Below are positions 28,411 through 41,867 of a stretch of 64,000 bases of DNA, in pieces. The stretch comes from Campylobacterales bacterium (lineage in GTDB: Bacteria > Campylobacterota > Campylobacteria > Campylobacterales > QNZT01), in NCBI GenBank assembly GCA_024278835.1, contig JAJRSK010000021.1:5306-69305 (forward strand). Reading direction: 5' to 3'. A model generated the notes under the pieces. That model worked only from the letters and a program-made list of their open reading frames with translations. It had not been told where the DNA came from and ran no database searches. Made by a program: the position numbers and the translations under genes. Position 1 is the stretch's first letter. Each line of letters opens with the position of its first letter.

Positions 28411-31400
28411 TCAGTTATTAATTTTTCCCTCATAAAACTTCCTTAACCATCTATCAAATGGATTTATCATCTTGTAAAATACTGGTACAACCAAAAGTGT
28501 CAAGACCATAGAACTCAAAAGTCCTCCGATGATAGATATCGCCATCGGTGCGTTTGTCTCACTTCCTAGTCCACTACCAAAAGCCAAAGGCAACATGGCA
28601 AATATCATGGCAACGGTTGTCATAAGGATAGGTCGAAGTCTCTTTTCGCCTGCTTCTATCAAGGCTTCATCTGAAGTTTTTCCTTTGTCCATCGCATGGT
28701 TTGCAAAATCCACGAGCAATACAGCATTTTTTCCAACCATACCCATCAAAAGCATAAATCCTATCATGACAAAGAGTGAAAACTGCAATCCACTCAGATA
28801 CAAAGCTATCATGACACCGATGATACTAAGTGGCAATGCTATCATGATGATGATTGGTTGGATGAGTGATTCATACAAAATAGCCAAAATGATAAACATC
28901 AGTATGACTGATAGTCCAAGTGCCGAAGCAAATGCTTTGCCTGTTTTTTCCATCTCTTCAGCAAAGCCAGTAAAACGATAACTTACACCATCAGGCAAAA
29001 GCTTATCAATTCCCTCTCGCGTATAATTGACTGCTCCTCCCAAATCAAGCCCAAATAAATCAGCAAAAACTGTCACTTGTCGCTGTCTATCAAAGTGATT
29101 TATTGTTGCGAGTGAGGTAGCCTTGCTAAACGCTACTAAGCCATCAAGATAAACCAAGTCACCATTGTTAGCTCTCAATTGCACTTTTTTGATATCTTCT
29201 ATAGAGATTCTCTGGGTGTCTGGAAAACGAAGTGTGATGTTGTACTGTTTTCCATTTTCCTCAAAATAGGATATCTCCAAATCACTTGAAAAAGCTGTGG
29301 ATATGGCACTAGCGATTTGTGAAGCAGATATACCAAGTCTGTTGGCATTGGTTCTTTTTATGTTGATGTCTATCTGTGGTTTTCCATCATCTAAGTTTGT
29401 ATCTACATCCATGAACCCTTTTTTAGCTTTGAGGTAATCAGTGAGTTTTTTGGTGGCTACTTTCAAATCCTCAAACGAGTCAGATTTTAAAACGATTTGA
29501 TATGGTACTGAAACGCCTGCACCTTTGATAGTTGGTATTGCAGCAGCGGTGATGAAGAGATTTTTTTTGAATGGTTCTAGCTTTTTTCTAAAGTTTTGAA
29601 TCACCTCTTCTTGGTTTAAGCTTCTCTCTTTTCTATCGTTTAGTTTGACATAAATTTTGGATTTGTGTTTCTCTTTTGCCGTATTGTAACCTACACTGAG
29701 GATGGTATAGAGTACATTTTTATCTTCTCTTACCCTCTTTTCGACTTCTTTTGACTCTTTTATCATCTCTTCTAGTGAGACGCTAGGATTGGCTTTGATA
29801 AATATCTCAAATTCTGCTTTATCCTCTTTTGGGATAAAGTCCATACCGATTTTTGGAAAGAGTGAGAGTGAGCCAAAAAATAGTCCAAATACCAAAATCA
29901 AAGTGATGATTTTAAATCTCAAAACCACTTTTAAGATGACTTCATAAATCTTCTCTAAAGCTTTAAAAATAGGTTCAGTCACAGTATAAAACCAACTCTC
30001 TTTTTTCTTTAAAACCCTGGCACTAAGACTCGGTATAAAACTTAGAGCCACAGTATAAGAGATGATAACAGCAAAACCAACTGTCATAGCAAATGATTCA
30101 AAAAACTTCCCTACGATGCCACTCATGAATGAAACAGGGACAAATACTGCCAAAAGCATGGCTGATATCGCAAGAATTGTAAATGCCATCTCTTTGACAC
30201 CCTCCACCGCAGCGTCAAACTTACCCATACCTTCTTCAAGCTTTTTGTAGATATTTTCTACCACTACGATAGCATCATCGATGATAATACCGATAGATAG
30301 GGTGAGCCCGATAAGCGTCATCTTATTTAAATCAAAGCCCATATAATCCATCAAAGCAAAAGTACCAAATATCGAAGCAGGGATTGAGAGTGCTGAAACA
30401 AGTGTGATAGTCACATTTCGTAAAAAGACAAATATGATAACAATAGCCAAAAAAGCACCATAGATAAGGTCAAATTTTACATGTTCAAGAGAGTTGATGA
30501 TAAAAGGTGAAGTATCATTTATCGCTTTTATATCGTACTTTTCTCCTGCCATTTTTTTAAGTGTTGGAAGTGTATCTTTGACTCTTTGGACGATATCTAT
30601 GGTGTTGGTTCCTGAAATCTTTTGCACTTCAAGCATCACACCCTCTACACCATTTAACGAAGCATAACTTTTAGGGTCACTTAATGTATCTTTTACGGTG
30701 GCTATATCTTTTAGCTTGATATCATCTTTTATCATGATATTTTCAAGCTCTTTAACACTAAGTGCATCGGCTTTTGTTTTTAGGGTAAACTCTTTTGTTT
30801 TGGAGATGAGTTTACCGCCGCCTATTTTGACATTTTCACGAGCGATAATCTGGTTGAGTTCGCTGACTGTGATGCCATATTTGTTGAGTTGGTTTGGATT
30901 TGGAAAGATTTTTATCTCTCTGTCTTTGTATCCTGTTATTTGGATAGCACCTACGCCATTTATCTTTTGGAGGGTTGGTTTTACTTTTTCATCCGCAAAT
31001 TGCATCAAGTTTTTGATGCTGTCATGTTTAGCCGTTAAAAAGATGTTGATAACAGGTGCTCCACCGATATCAAGTTTACTCACAAGTGGTGTTTTTGCAT
31101 CACGAGGAAGAAGAACCGCTGCGACTTTATCCCTGACATCATTGGTTGCTTCATTGATATCTCGCTCAAGGAAAAATTGGATTCTAACAACACTTATACC
31201 CTCAGAACTTGAAGAGATGATTTTATCGATGCCTCCTATCCTAGAGATAGCCTCTTCTATCTTGTCTGTTACTTGCGACTCGATGGTACTTGCTTCTGCC
31301 CCAGGGTAGATAGTTTGGACTGTAACCATCGGAAAGTCCACTTTTGGGAAGAGTGCTGAAGGCATGGATTTGAAACTCATCCAACCAAATATCACTAGCG

Positions 31401-31452
31401 TGATGACATACATCAGCGTGGTGATAGGTCTATTTATGGCTAATTTATACAT
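28411..31452 (-). CDS. RND efflux transporter permease (AcrB/HAE family)
   Basis: 1013 aa. 12-TM, two-large-loop RND architecture with conserved TM4 (IIDDAIVVVENI) and TM10/11 blocks. Confidence 0.9.
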   Translation of the reverse strand: MYKLAINRPITTLMYVITLVIFGWMSFKSMPSALFPKVDFPMVTVQTIYPGAEASTIESQVTDKIEEAISRIGGIDKIISSSSEGISVVRIQFFLERDINEATNDVRDKVAAVLLPRDAKTPLVSKLDIGGAPVINIFLTAKHDSIKNLMQFADEKVKPTLQKINGVGAIQITGYKDREIKIFPNPNQLNKYGITVSELNQIIARENVKIGGGKLISKTKEFTLKTKADALSVKELENIMIKDDIKLKDIATVKDTLSDPKSYASLNGVEGVMLEVQKISGTNTIDIVQRVKDTLPTLKKMAGEKYDIKAINDTSPFIINSLEHVKFDLIYGAFLAIVIIFVFLRNVTITLVSALSIPASIFGTFALMDYMGFDLNKMTLIGLTLSIGIIIDDAIVVVENIYKKLEEGMGKFDAAVEGVKEMAFTILAISAMLLAVFVPVSFMSGIVGKFFESFAMTVGFAVIISYTVALSFIPSLSARVLKKKESWFYTVTEPIFKALEKIYEVILKVVLRFKIITLILVFGLFFGSLSLFPKIGMDFIPKEDKAEFEIFIKANPSVSLEEMIKESKEVEKRVREDKNVLYTILSVGYNTAKEKHKSKIYVKLNDRKERSLNQEEVIQNFRKKLEPFKKNLFITAAAIPTIKGAGVSVPYQIVLKSDSFEDLKVATKKLTDYLKAKKGFMDVDTNLDDGKPQIDINIKRTNANRLGISASQIASAISTAFSSDLEISYFEENGKQYNITLRFPDTQRISIEDIKKVQLRANNGDLVYLDGLVAFSKATSLATINHFDRQRQVTVFADLFGLDLGGAVNYTREGIDKLLPDGVSYRFTGFAEEMEKTGKAFASALGLSVILMFIILAILYESLIQPIIIMIALPLSIIGVMIALYLSGLQFSLFVMIGFMLLMGMVGKNAVLLVDFANHAMDKGKTSDEALIEAGEKRLRPILMTTVAMIFAMLPLAFGSGLGSETNAPMAISIIGGLLSSMVLTLLVVPVFYKMINPFDRWLRKFYEGKINN

Positions 31453-31457
31453 AACTT

Positions 31458-32168
31458 TTACTTCTTATCAATCGTGATAATTGTACCATCACCAAAAAGA
31501 CCAACGATAAAATCTTTGGCTTTTACTTCTGCTTTTATCTTTCGTTTTTTTCTGTCAATTGTTGGGTAGATTTTACTGATAACTCCCGCATAAGTTTTAT
31601 CACTTCCATCTACTTTATAAGAGAATTTATCGCCGACTTTTACATCAGCCCAATACTTTTGGTCAAACTCTAAAAGTAGTTTTCTGTCACTTTGACTTTG
31701 GATTTTAAAAACGGTTCGTATCATCGCACCACTAACCGCATCGCCCACTTCAATAGCTTTATCGTAGATGATGCCATCAAAAGGTGCTTTTAAAATTGTT
31801 TTATCAAGTAGTGCTTGTTTGTATGAGAGTTGTGCTTTTGCATTGGCATATTTAGAAGCAAATTTATCAAACTCTCCTTGGTCTATGATGGATTTTACTT
31901 TTTGTCGTCGCATATAATCTTTTTTGGCATATTTTAGAGCGGTTTTGGTGATATGTAAAGAGGCTTTATAGTCATCATTTTGTAACTTTGCCAAGATGTC
32001 CCCTTTTTTTACAATTGAACCGATATCAACTTTTACACTATCTACGATACCGCTACTAGAAAAAGCCAAGTTTGCACTTTTATCTGCGTGTACGGTAAAT
32101 GTCGCATAAATCTCCTTTGCATGGAGTGTTGCTAGAAGTAGGCTTAATAATATAAATATTTTTCTCAT
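31458..32168 (-). CDS. RND efflux periplasmic adaptor subunit (short form)
   Basis: Signal peptide. Lipoyl-like (VKKGDILAKL) and beta-barrel MFP segments. Confidence 0.75.
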   Translation of the reverse strand: MRKIFILLSLLLATLHAKEIYATFTVHADKSANLAFSSSGIVDSVKVDIGSIVKKGDILAKLQNDDYKASLHITKTALKYAKKDYMRRQKVKSIIDQGEFDKFASKYANAKAQLSYKQALLDKTILKAPFDGIIYDKAIEVGDAVSGAMIRTVFKIQSQSDRKLLLEFDQKYWADVKVGDKFSYKVDGSDKTYAGVISKIYPTIDRKKRKIKAEVKAKDFIVGLFGDGTIITIDKK

Positions 32169-33403
32169 TTGATATAATCCTTGATGTTTTTATTGGCACT
32201 AAAATAATAGTTTGCTTTGGCGATTTCAAAATCATTTTCTGCTTTTTCAAATCGTGCTTGTGAAGCTGTTTTTTGGCTAAGTGCATCTAAGTAGGTTACT
32301 TGATCAACGATACCTGCATCAAATTTTGCTTTGATACTTTTGTAAACACTTAGGCTTGCTTTTTTTGCACTCATGGCACTTTTGATATTTAGTTTGGCAG
32401 TTTTGAGTGATTGTAGTGCCAAGTTGTATCCTATCTTTTCTTGTTTTATCTGAAATGCTATCTGCTCTTGTAGTGCCTTTTTTTGCAGTTTGAGAGCTTG
32501 TTTTTGTTTTTTGATACTGCCATTGTCAAAGAGTCTCATATTTGCCATAAGGGCTATTTTATTTTGTTTATCAATCTCTTCTATACCCATCTTTTTTAAA
32601 CCATTATTTCGACTATAATCGTAGTAACCATAAGTATCTTCTACTCTAATATTTGGATAATAAGCGGCATTAATCGCTTTTGCACTAGCTTGGATAGCAT
32701 GTGCTTTTTCTTGCATGGATTTGATGGCTTCACTTGGTTTAAAAGAGAAGTTTTGAGGTGTTTGGAGAGTTGCTTCTTCAAGTGTATCTATATCCATAGC
32801 ACTTTTAAGAGAGAGGTAATTTTGAATGGTTTTGATATTGAGTTTTAATGACTCTAGGGCATAATTATTTGCTTGAAAAGCAGCTTCTAATTTATCGACA
32901 TAATCTTGTGGTGCCAATCCTGCTGCTTTAAACTTTTTAATCCTTTTTATATCGGCTTTGAGTTGTGTTGATTTTTCATCCAAAGCTTTTAATGAAGCTT
33001 CCATACTTTTGATGTTAAAAAAATCTTTTACGATATCTAAAGTAATAGTTTTTTGAGTATATAAGAGATCATATTTACTAGAGTTATAAGCACTTTTTTT
33101 CTGATTTACTTGGGCACTTTTTCTATATCCATCAAAAATATCTACACCCGCTTTTGCATACACATTGAGTGTATTTCCTGCTTGAAAAGAGATATGTTTA
33201 TCTAGGCTTATATAAGCAGCCCCCACATCAAGGGTGGGATAATAACGACTCTTTTGTGAATCCAACTCTTTTTCTTTAGATTTCAAGTTGTATTGTGATG
33301 CTTTAATCATATTGTTTGTATCAAGGGCATTCTCTATCAAGGCGGTTAAACTTTGTGCATATATACAAGCGGGCAGACTGAATGTTAAGATTATCTTTTT
33401 CAA
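32165..33403 (-). CDS. TolC-family outer membrane factor
   Basis: Signal peptide and duplicated OEP helical repeats. Overlaps both neighbours by 4 nt. Confidence 0.8.
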   Translation of the reverse strand: MKKIILTFSLPACIYAQSLTALIENALDTNNMIKASQYNLKSKEKELDSQKSRYYPTLDVGAAYISLDKHISFQAGNTLNVYAKAGVDIFDGYRKSAQVNQKKSAYNSSKYDLLYTQKTITLDIVKDFFNIKSMEASLKALDEKSTQLKADIKRIKKFKAAGLAPQDYVDKLEAAFQANNYALESLKLNIKTIQNYLSLKSAMDIDTLEEATLQTPQNFSFKPSEAIKSMQEKAHAIQASAKAINAAYYPNIRVEDTYGYYDYSRNNGLKKMGIEEIDKQNKIALMANMRLFDNGSIKKQKQALKLQKKALQEQIAFQIKQEKIGYNLALQSLKTAKLNIKSAMSAKKASLSVYKSIKAKFDAGIVDQVTYLDALSQKTASQARFEKAENDFEIAKANYYFSANKNIKDYIK

Positions 33404-33996
33404 TTTTTCACCTCTATTAGTTCAAATAGTGTATCGATATACAAATCTATCTCTTTTTGTACATCATCAATCGCTTTAGTAGCGACACTAGCGATAAAAA
33501 GCCCCTCAGCAGTCGCAAAAAGACCGTTCGTAAAACCAATGGCACTAGGTATAATTTCCCCTTTGTCGATACCCTCTTGCAATATCTGTTCAAACCATTG
33601 GTGATAACTCTCAAAACAGATAGTTTGAAAATCAATCATCTCTTCGTTTGCATGCACTAGAGAGATAGAGATAAACTCTTTGTAAAGCGTTCGTAACTCT
33701 TCATCTTCTTTGCTATAAAAAAAGTTGAAAAATATTTTGATTTTCTCTTTGGTAGAGTGCACATCGGCAAGTGCTTGTTCTTTTTTTTCGTTGTGTGCTT
33801 TCATCATGATAGTCACTATCTCAAAAACGATATCTTCTTTATTTTTAAAATAATCATACATCGTTCCCTTACCCACACCTGCAGTTTTTGCTAGTTGGGA
33901 GATAGTGATATCATGTATTCTATGTGAAATAAAAAGCTTTTTGCAAGAGAGTGCAATATCTCTTCTTTTCTGAACTTTATCAACTATAATCGCCAT
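33400..33996 (-). CDS. TetR/AcrR-family transcriptional regulator
   Basis: N-terminal HTH ITISQLAKTAGVGKGTMYDYFKNKEDI. First gene of the RND operon. Confidence 0.85.
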   Translation of the reverse strand: MAIIVDKVQKRRDIALSCKKLFISHRIHDITISQLAKTAGVGKGTMYDYFKNKEDIVFEIVTIMMKAHNEKKEQALADVHSTKEKIKIFFNFFYSKEDEELRTLYKEFISISLVHANEEMIDFQTICFESYHQWFEQILQEGIDKGEIIPSAIGFTNGLFATAEGLFIASVATKAIDDVQKEIDLYIDTLFELIEVKN

Positions 33997-34000
33997 TTAT

Positions 34001-34054
34001 AACCTTTATAATGCTTATGACTGACCGTCGGTCATTTATGAAATTATAAAGGTT
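34001..34054 (-). promoter_or_regulatory. Nested palindromes at the TetR/RND promoter (candidate TetR operator)
   Basis: The inner 19-bp near-palindrome ATGACTGAC-C-GTCGGTCAT (34017-34035) is flanked by 12-bp inverted repeats AACCTTTATAAT / ATTATAAAGGTT (34001-34012, 34043-34054). On the minus strand the upstream arm supplies TATAAT. Confidence 0.55.
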
Positions 34055-34071
34055 TTTTTCTTTATTTTTTA

Positions 34072-34479
34072 TTAACAAAGTTCTTTTTTTACAAGTGGCA
34101 GTAACTCTTTTTCTATCAAATCAAGTGTTTTTTCATATTCGATGGTCTCTTTCCCGCTAGGGTCATCAAAACCTATATGGATGGTTTTAACTGCATTTGG
34201 AAACAGAGGGCAACTCTCTTTGGCATGGTCACAAACCGTTACGATGAGGTCAAATGCTGTATCTATAACGCTCTCTATCACCTTGGAATGATATCTCTCT
34301 CTCCAGTACCCTTTTTTCTCTAGTAGTGCTTGTGCATGAGGATTGACTTTTCCACTTGCTTTTACGCCTGAACTTTGTGCATCTACACAATCACCCAACT
34401 TGGCATTTATCAAGGCTTCTGCCATGATAGAACGACAGCTATTTCCAGTACATAGTATCAATACATTTTTCTTCATCAT
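34072..34479 (-). CDS. arsC: Arsenate reductase, thioredoxin-coupled LMW-PTPase type
   Basis: CTGNSCRS (CX5R-S) loop plus the downstream Cys pair VCDHAKESCP. The start at the tandem ATGs 34479/34476 follows an AAGGAG RBS. Confidence 0.85.
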   Translation of the reverse strand: MMKKNVLILCTGNSCRSIMAEALINAKLGDCVDAQSSGVKASGKVNPHAQALLEKKGYWRERYHSKVIESVIDTAFDLIVTVCDHAKESCPLFPNAVKTIHIGFDDPSGKETIEYEKTLDLIEKELLPLVKKELC

Positions 34480-34556
34480 CACTCCTTTTTCTCCTAAAAC
34501 TATGGCATAATTCTTGTTAAAAGGTGCTATACTTTTATCATGTAAAGGGAGAGCAG

Positions 34557-35819
34557 ATGCTACTAGCTTCATTGGTTTTTTTTCTGACTTTGGTTTTTGT
34601 TATTTGGCAACCAAAAGGATTACAAATCGGTACGACAGCGATGGTAGGAGCGATATTGGCATTGGCTGTTGGTGTGGTAGATTTTGATGATGTGCTGCGT
34701 GTTATAGATATCGTATGGGATGCTACACTAGCTTTTATAGGTATCATTATTCTCTCCATGATACTTGATGAGATAGGCTTTTTTGAGTACGCAGCCATCA
34801 AGATGGCAAAGCTTAGTGGTGGCAATGGGCATCTTATGTTTGTCTATATTTTGCTTCTTGGTGCAGTAGTGGCGGCACTTTTTGCAAACGATGGTGCGGC
34901 ACTTATCTTGACTCCGATTTTACTAGCCAAGATGAAGTACTTGAAGATGAAACCATTGGCGATATTTGCTTTTTTGATGGCAGGTGGGTTTATCGGAGAT
35001 AGTGCATCCAATCCTCTTGTTATCTCAAACCTTACCAATATCGTCACAGCTGGCTACTTTGATATAGGATTTGTGACATATGCCAAACATATGTTTTTAC
35101 CAAATATACTGAGCATCATCGCTTCTATCATGATACTGTGGGTCTATTTTCGTAAAGACATTCCATTTGTTGTGGATGTATCAACACTACCTGAAGCATC
35201 CTCTGTTATCAAAAACCAGACGATGTTTACATTGTCTTGGATATTTTTAGCACTTTTGATGATGGGGTATTTCATAGGGGATTATTATCATCTGCCAGTT
35301 TCGATTTTCGCACTAGGTGGAGCATTGGTATTTTTAGCCATCGCAAATCATTATAAAGCAGTGAAACCCATCATGACTATCAAAGCTGCACCGTGGCAAG
35401 TTGTTTGGTTTAGTATCGGACTTTATGTGGTTGTCTATGGGCTTAAAAATGCAGGATTGACCGATATCATCGCTTCATGGATAAGTGCGTTAAATAATCA
35501 AGGAGAAACGATAGCGATCATCGGTACAGGATTTTTATCGGCAATTATCTCTTCGGTGATGAACAACATGCCTACTATCATGATAATGGATATAGCGATA
35601 GATAAAGTAGGGTATGTTGGCAATGAAGCTTTAGTGTATGCCAATATACTAGGCTCAAATCTAGGACCAAAGATGACCCCTATCGGTTCACTAGCCACAC
35701 TTTTGTGGTTGCATGTATTGGCACAAAAAGGGGTTAAGATAACATGGCGTGAGTATATGAAAGTAGGACTTGTTATCACCCCACCTGTTTTGTTGATGGC
35801 GTTGTTGGGGTTGGTGTGA
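34557..35819 (+). CDS. arsB: Arsenical efflux pump membrane protein ArsB
   Basis: The N-terminus is colinear with E. coli ArsB as I remember it (VIWQPKGL..., LFANDGAALILTPI). The ATG at 34557 follows an RBS AGGGAGAG. Confidence 0.85.
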   Translation: MLLASLVFFLTLVFVIWQPKGLQIGTTAMVGAILALAVGVVDFDDVLRVIDIVWDATLAFIGIIILSMILDEIGFFEYAAIKMAKLSGGNGHLMFVYILLLGAVVAALFANDGAALILTPILLAKMKYLKMKPLAIFAFLMAGGFIGDSASNPLVISNLTNIVTAGYFDIGFVTYAKHMFLPNILSIIASIMILWVYFRKDIPFVVDVSTLPEASSVIKNQTMFTLSWIFLALLMMGYFIGDYYHLPVSIFALGGALVFLAIANHYKAVKPIMTIKAAPWQVVWFSIGLYVVVYGLKNAGLTDIIASWISALNNQGETIAIIGTGFLSAIISSVMNNMPTIMIMDIAIDKVGYVGNEALVYANILGSNLGPKMTPIGSLATLLWLHVLAQKGVKITWREYMKVGLVITPPVLLMALLGLV

Positions 35820-35823
35820 GTTT

Positions 35824-36690
35824 ATGATGCCTTACAATATTGTGTTAATCCTTATCATCATTGGTTTAGCACTTGTTGGATTTGGTATCAATTTTTTATT
35901 TAAACACCAAGAGGAAAAAAAACTAAAGATGATTCAATCACTCTCATTTGATGAGACTTATAGAGCATATCTATCAAAGACAGCCCACTATAAAAATCTC
36001 TCAGAAGAAGAGAAGAAAAAGATAGAACAATCTATACTACTTTTTATCCATACCAAAGAGTTTATAGGTGTGAATCTTGAGGCAACCGATGAGATGAAAA
36101 TCATCATCGCTTTTTATGCATGTTTGCTGCTTTTGCATATAAAAACTAGCAATTGTTATGATAATTTAAAGACCATCGTCATTTATTCACATCCCATAGT
36201 GACAAAAGCGATTAAGTCATTTGGAGGTATCTACACTAAAGAGAAGTTTTTTATAGAGGGACAATCTGCAAATAATACCGTTATCATCAGTTGGCATGAA
36301 GCCAAAAAAGAAGCTTACCATTTAAGACACAATAACGTTATCATTCATGAATTTGCCCACGAGATAGACTTTATGGATGGGGAGATAGATGGTATACCAC
36401 CTATAGAAAAATCAAAATACAACGAATGGACGCATGTTTTATTTCAAGAGTTTACTAAGCTAAAAAAGATCGCATTAAAAAATAGATATTGGGGTAAGTA
36501 TAAACTTCTTGGAAGTTATGCCGCGACAAATGAAGCAGAGTTTTTTGCTGTTGTAACAGAGAGGTATTTTGAATCTCCACAAAGTTTAAAAAAGAATTTT
36601 CCAGAACTTTATGATGAGTTGGACGGGTTTTATCATAGTGATTATTACCCCACTAGCCCAACCAGCAAGGCTCCAATTGTCAAAAGATAA
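35824..36690 (+). CDS. Zinc-dependent peptidase, M90 (MtfA-like), membrane-anchored
   Basis: N-terminal TM. HEFAHEID HEXXH motif and the EFFAVVTE block. Confidence 0.65.
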   Translation: MMPYNIVLILIIIGLALVGFGINFLFKHQEEKKLKMIQSLSFDETYRAYLSKTAHYKNLSEEEKKKIEQSILLFIHTKEFIGVNLEATDEMKIIIAFYACLLLLHIKTSNCYDNLKTIVIYSHPIVTKAIKSFGGIYTKEKFFIEGQSANNTVIISWHEAKKEAYHLRHNNVIIHEFAHEIDFMDGEIDGIPPIEKSKYNEWTHVLFQEFTKLKKIALKNRYWGKYKLLGSYAATNEAEFFAVVTERYFESPQSLKKNFPELYDELDGFYHSDYYPTSPTSKAPIVKR

Positions 36691-37873
36691 AAAAGAGCCA
36701 TTAACCATCCTAATTTTTTACCACCAAGGACAAATACAATACCCAACTTTACAAGTGAATTGATGGTAGAAGCGATAATGATACCGTTCATCGCTGCTTC
36801 TTGGCTGATTTTGTTGATAGCGAGTTGAGAGAGTGAGAGGGTGATGGCATCTACATCTGTAAAACCTGATAAAAAGGAGATGATATATATGCCAGAATCC
36901 CCAAATCTTGATTGAAATATCCCGATAGAACCAAAGATAAGACCAAATAAAAGACCCAGTTTTAATGCTTCTGCTAATGCTAAAGGATTTTTATTTACCT
37001 CTATCTGTTCTATTTTATGTGCTTTTTCATTTCTATAAAGATAAAAAACAAAAGCAAACCCGACCATTGATGCTCCCAGATAAGAGATGGCAAGTGCCTT
37101 TGTTAATGCAAGATTGAAAAATGAAGTCTCTAAAAGTACTCTGAGGTACATAATCGTTGAGGCGATAGCGATTCCCCCAGCAAAGTTTTTTGAAAACATT
37201 TTTTCGATTGTATAGAGCTTTGAAAGCGTGATAGAAACAGCTGTAGAAGAGACTAAACCTCCAAAAATACCAGTTAGATAGACACCGCGTTTGTTTCCAA
37301 GTATCTTGATAGCAACATATCCAAGAAATGCAATTCCTGCTATCAACACAACCATCAGCCATGTTTTATAAGGATTAAATACTTCAAATGGATCTACCAT
37401 TTTATCTGGTAAAAGGGGAAGGACGACAAATGTCATCATCAGAAATAGCGTAGCAGTACTCAAGTCTTTGGTTGTGATAAATGTTTCAAACTTGGCGATA
37501 TCACTTTTTATCTCTAATAAAAATAGCGTTACAATAGCAAGAGAGATAACATAGGTATCCAATGAAAAGTAGAGCATAATCCCAAAAATATAAGTAATCA
37601 ACGAAGTTATTTCTGTAGTTGCCCCTTGATGCTTCCCCTTACCTGTTTTAATGACGTAAGAACTAATCACCAAAAACCCAAAAACGCCAAAGGAAACAAA
37701 TAGGAAATGAGGTACAAATGATTGCATCCAACTACTAAGATACCCCAAAAGTGCAATTAGTGCAAAAGTTCTTGTACCTGCAAAGCTTGCCTCCCCTTTT
37801 TTCTGATTATGCATCTCCCGCTGGAGTCCTATCATCATCCCGATTAAGAGTGCGATGCCGATTTGTTTTATGA

Positions 37874-37901
<28 letters not shown>
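36645..37901 (-). CDS. MgtC/SapB-family membrane protein with DUF4010-type extension
   Basis: N-terminal MgtC-like TM block (GLQRE...AGTRTFALIA) followed by many further TM segments. The start overlaps the 3' end of the ATPase gene. Confidence 0.65.
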
Positions 37902-41782
<3,881 letters not shown>

Positions 41783-41830
41783 GCTAACTCCTTTGAATAA
41801 AGATTATAGCAAATAGCGACAAAAGGCTTA

Positions 41831-41846
41831 TGCTACTTAGGTGGCA
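41831..41846 (-). promoter_or_regulatory. Crp/Fnr-type box (minus read TGCCACCTAAGTAGCA) upstream of the antiporter::ATPase gene
   Basis: 22 nt upstream of the extended -10 TGCTATAAT (41811-41803). An AAGGAG RBS precedes the ATG at 41782. Confidence 0.65.
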
Positions 41847-41867
41847 TCTATGTGTTTTAAAAGGACT

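Noticed and set aside
30698-31309. 203-aa plus-strand ORF inside the RND permease gene (also 28529-28981 and 30062-30250)
   Set aside because: Same reasoning: antisense shadow ORFs within a strongly supported RND gene.
34001-34070. Hairpin plus T-run as the rho-independent terminator of arsC
   Set aside because: The T-run follows the hairpin only on the plus strand, whereas arsC is on the minus strand. The element fits better as the TetR promoter/operator.
34491-34507. TCCTAAAACTATGGCA upstream of arsB as a Crp/Fnr-type box
   Set aside because: Only the right half resembles GTGGCA. The left half is poor and the spacing is ambiguous (20-22 nt). It was not counted.
41836-41860. Reading the recurrent GGTGGCAT as a sigma-54 -24 element (TGGCA)
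   Set aside because: No GC dinucleotide lies at the required 10-nt distance. The element points away from the genes it precedes. On the gene strand the sequence is part of a 16-bp palindrome with a sigma-70-type -10 located 21-22 nt downstream.
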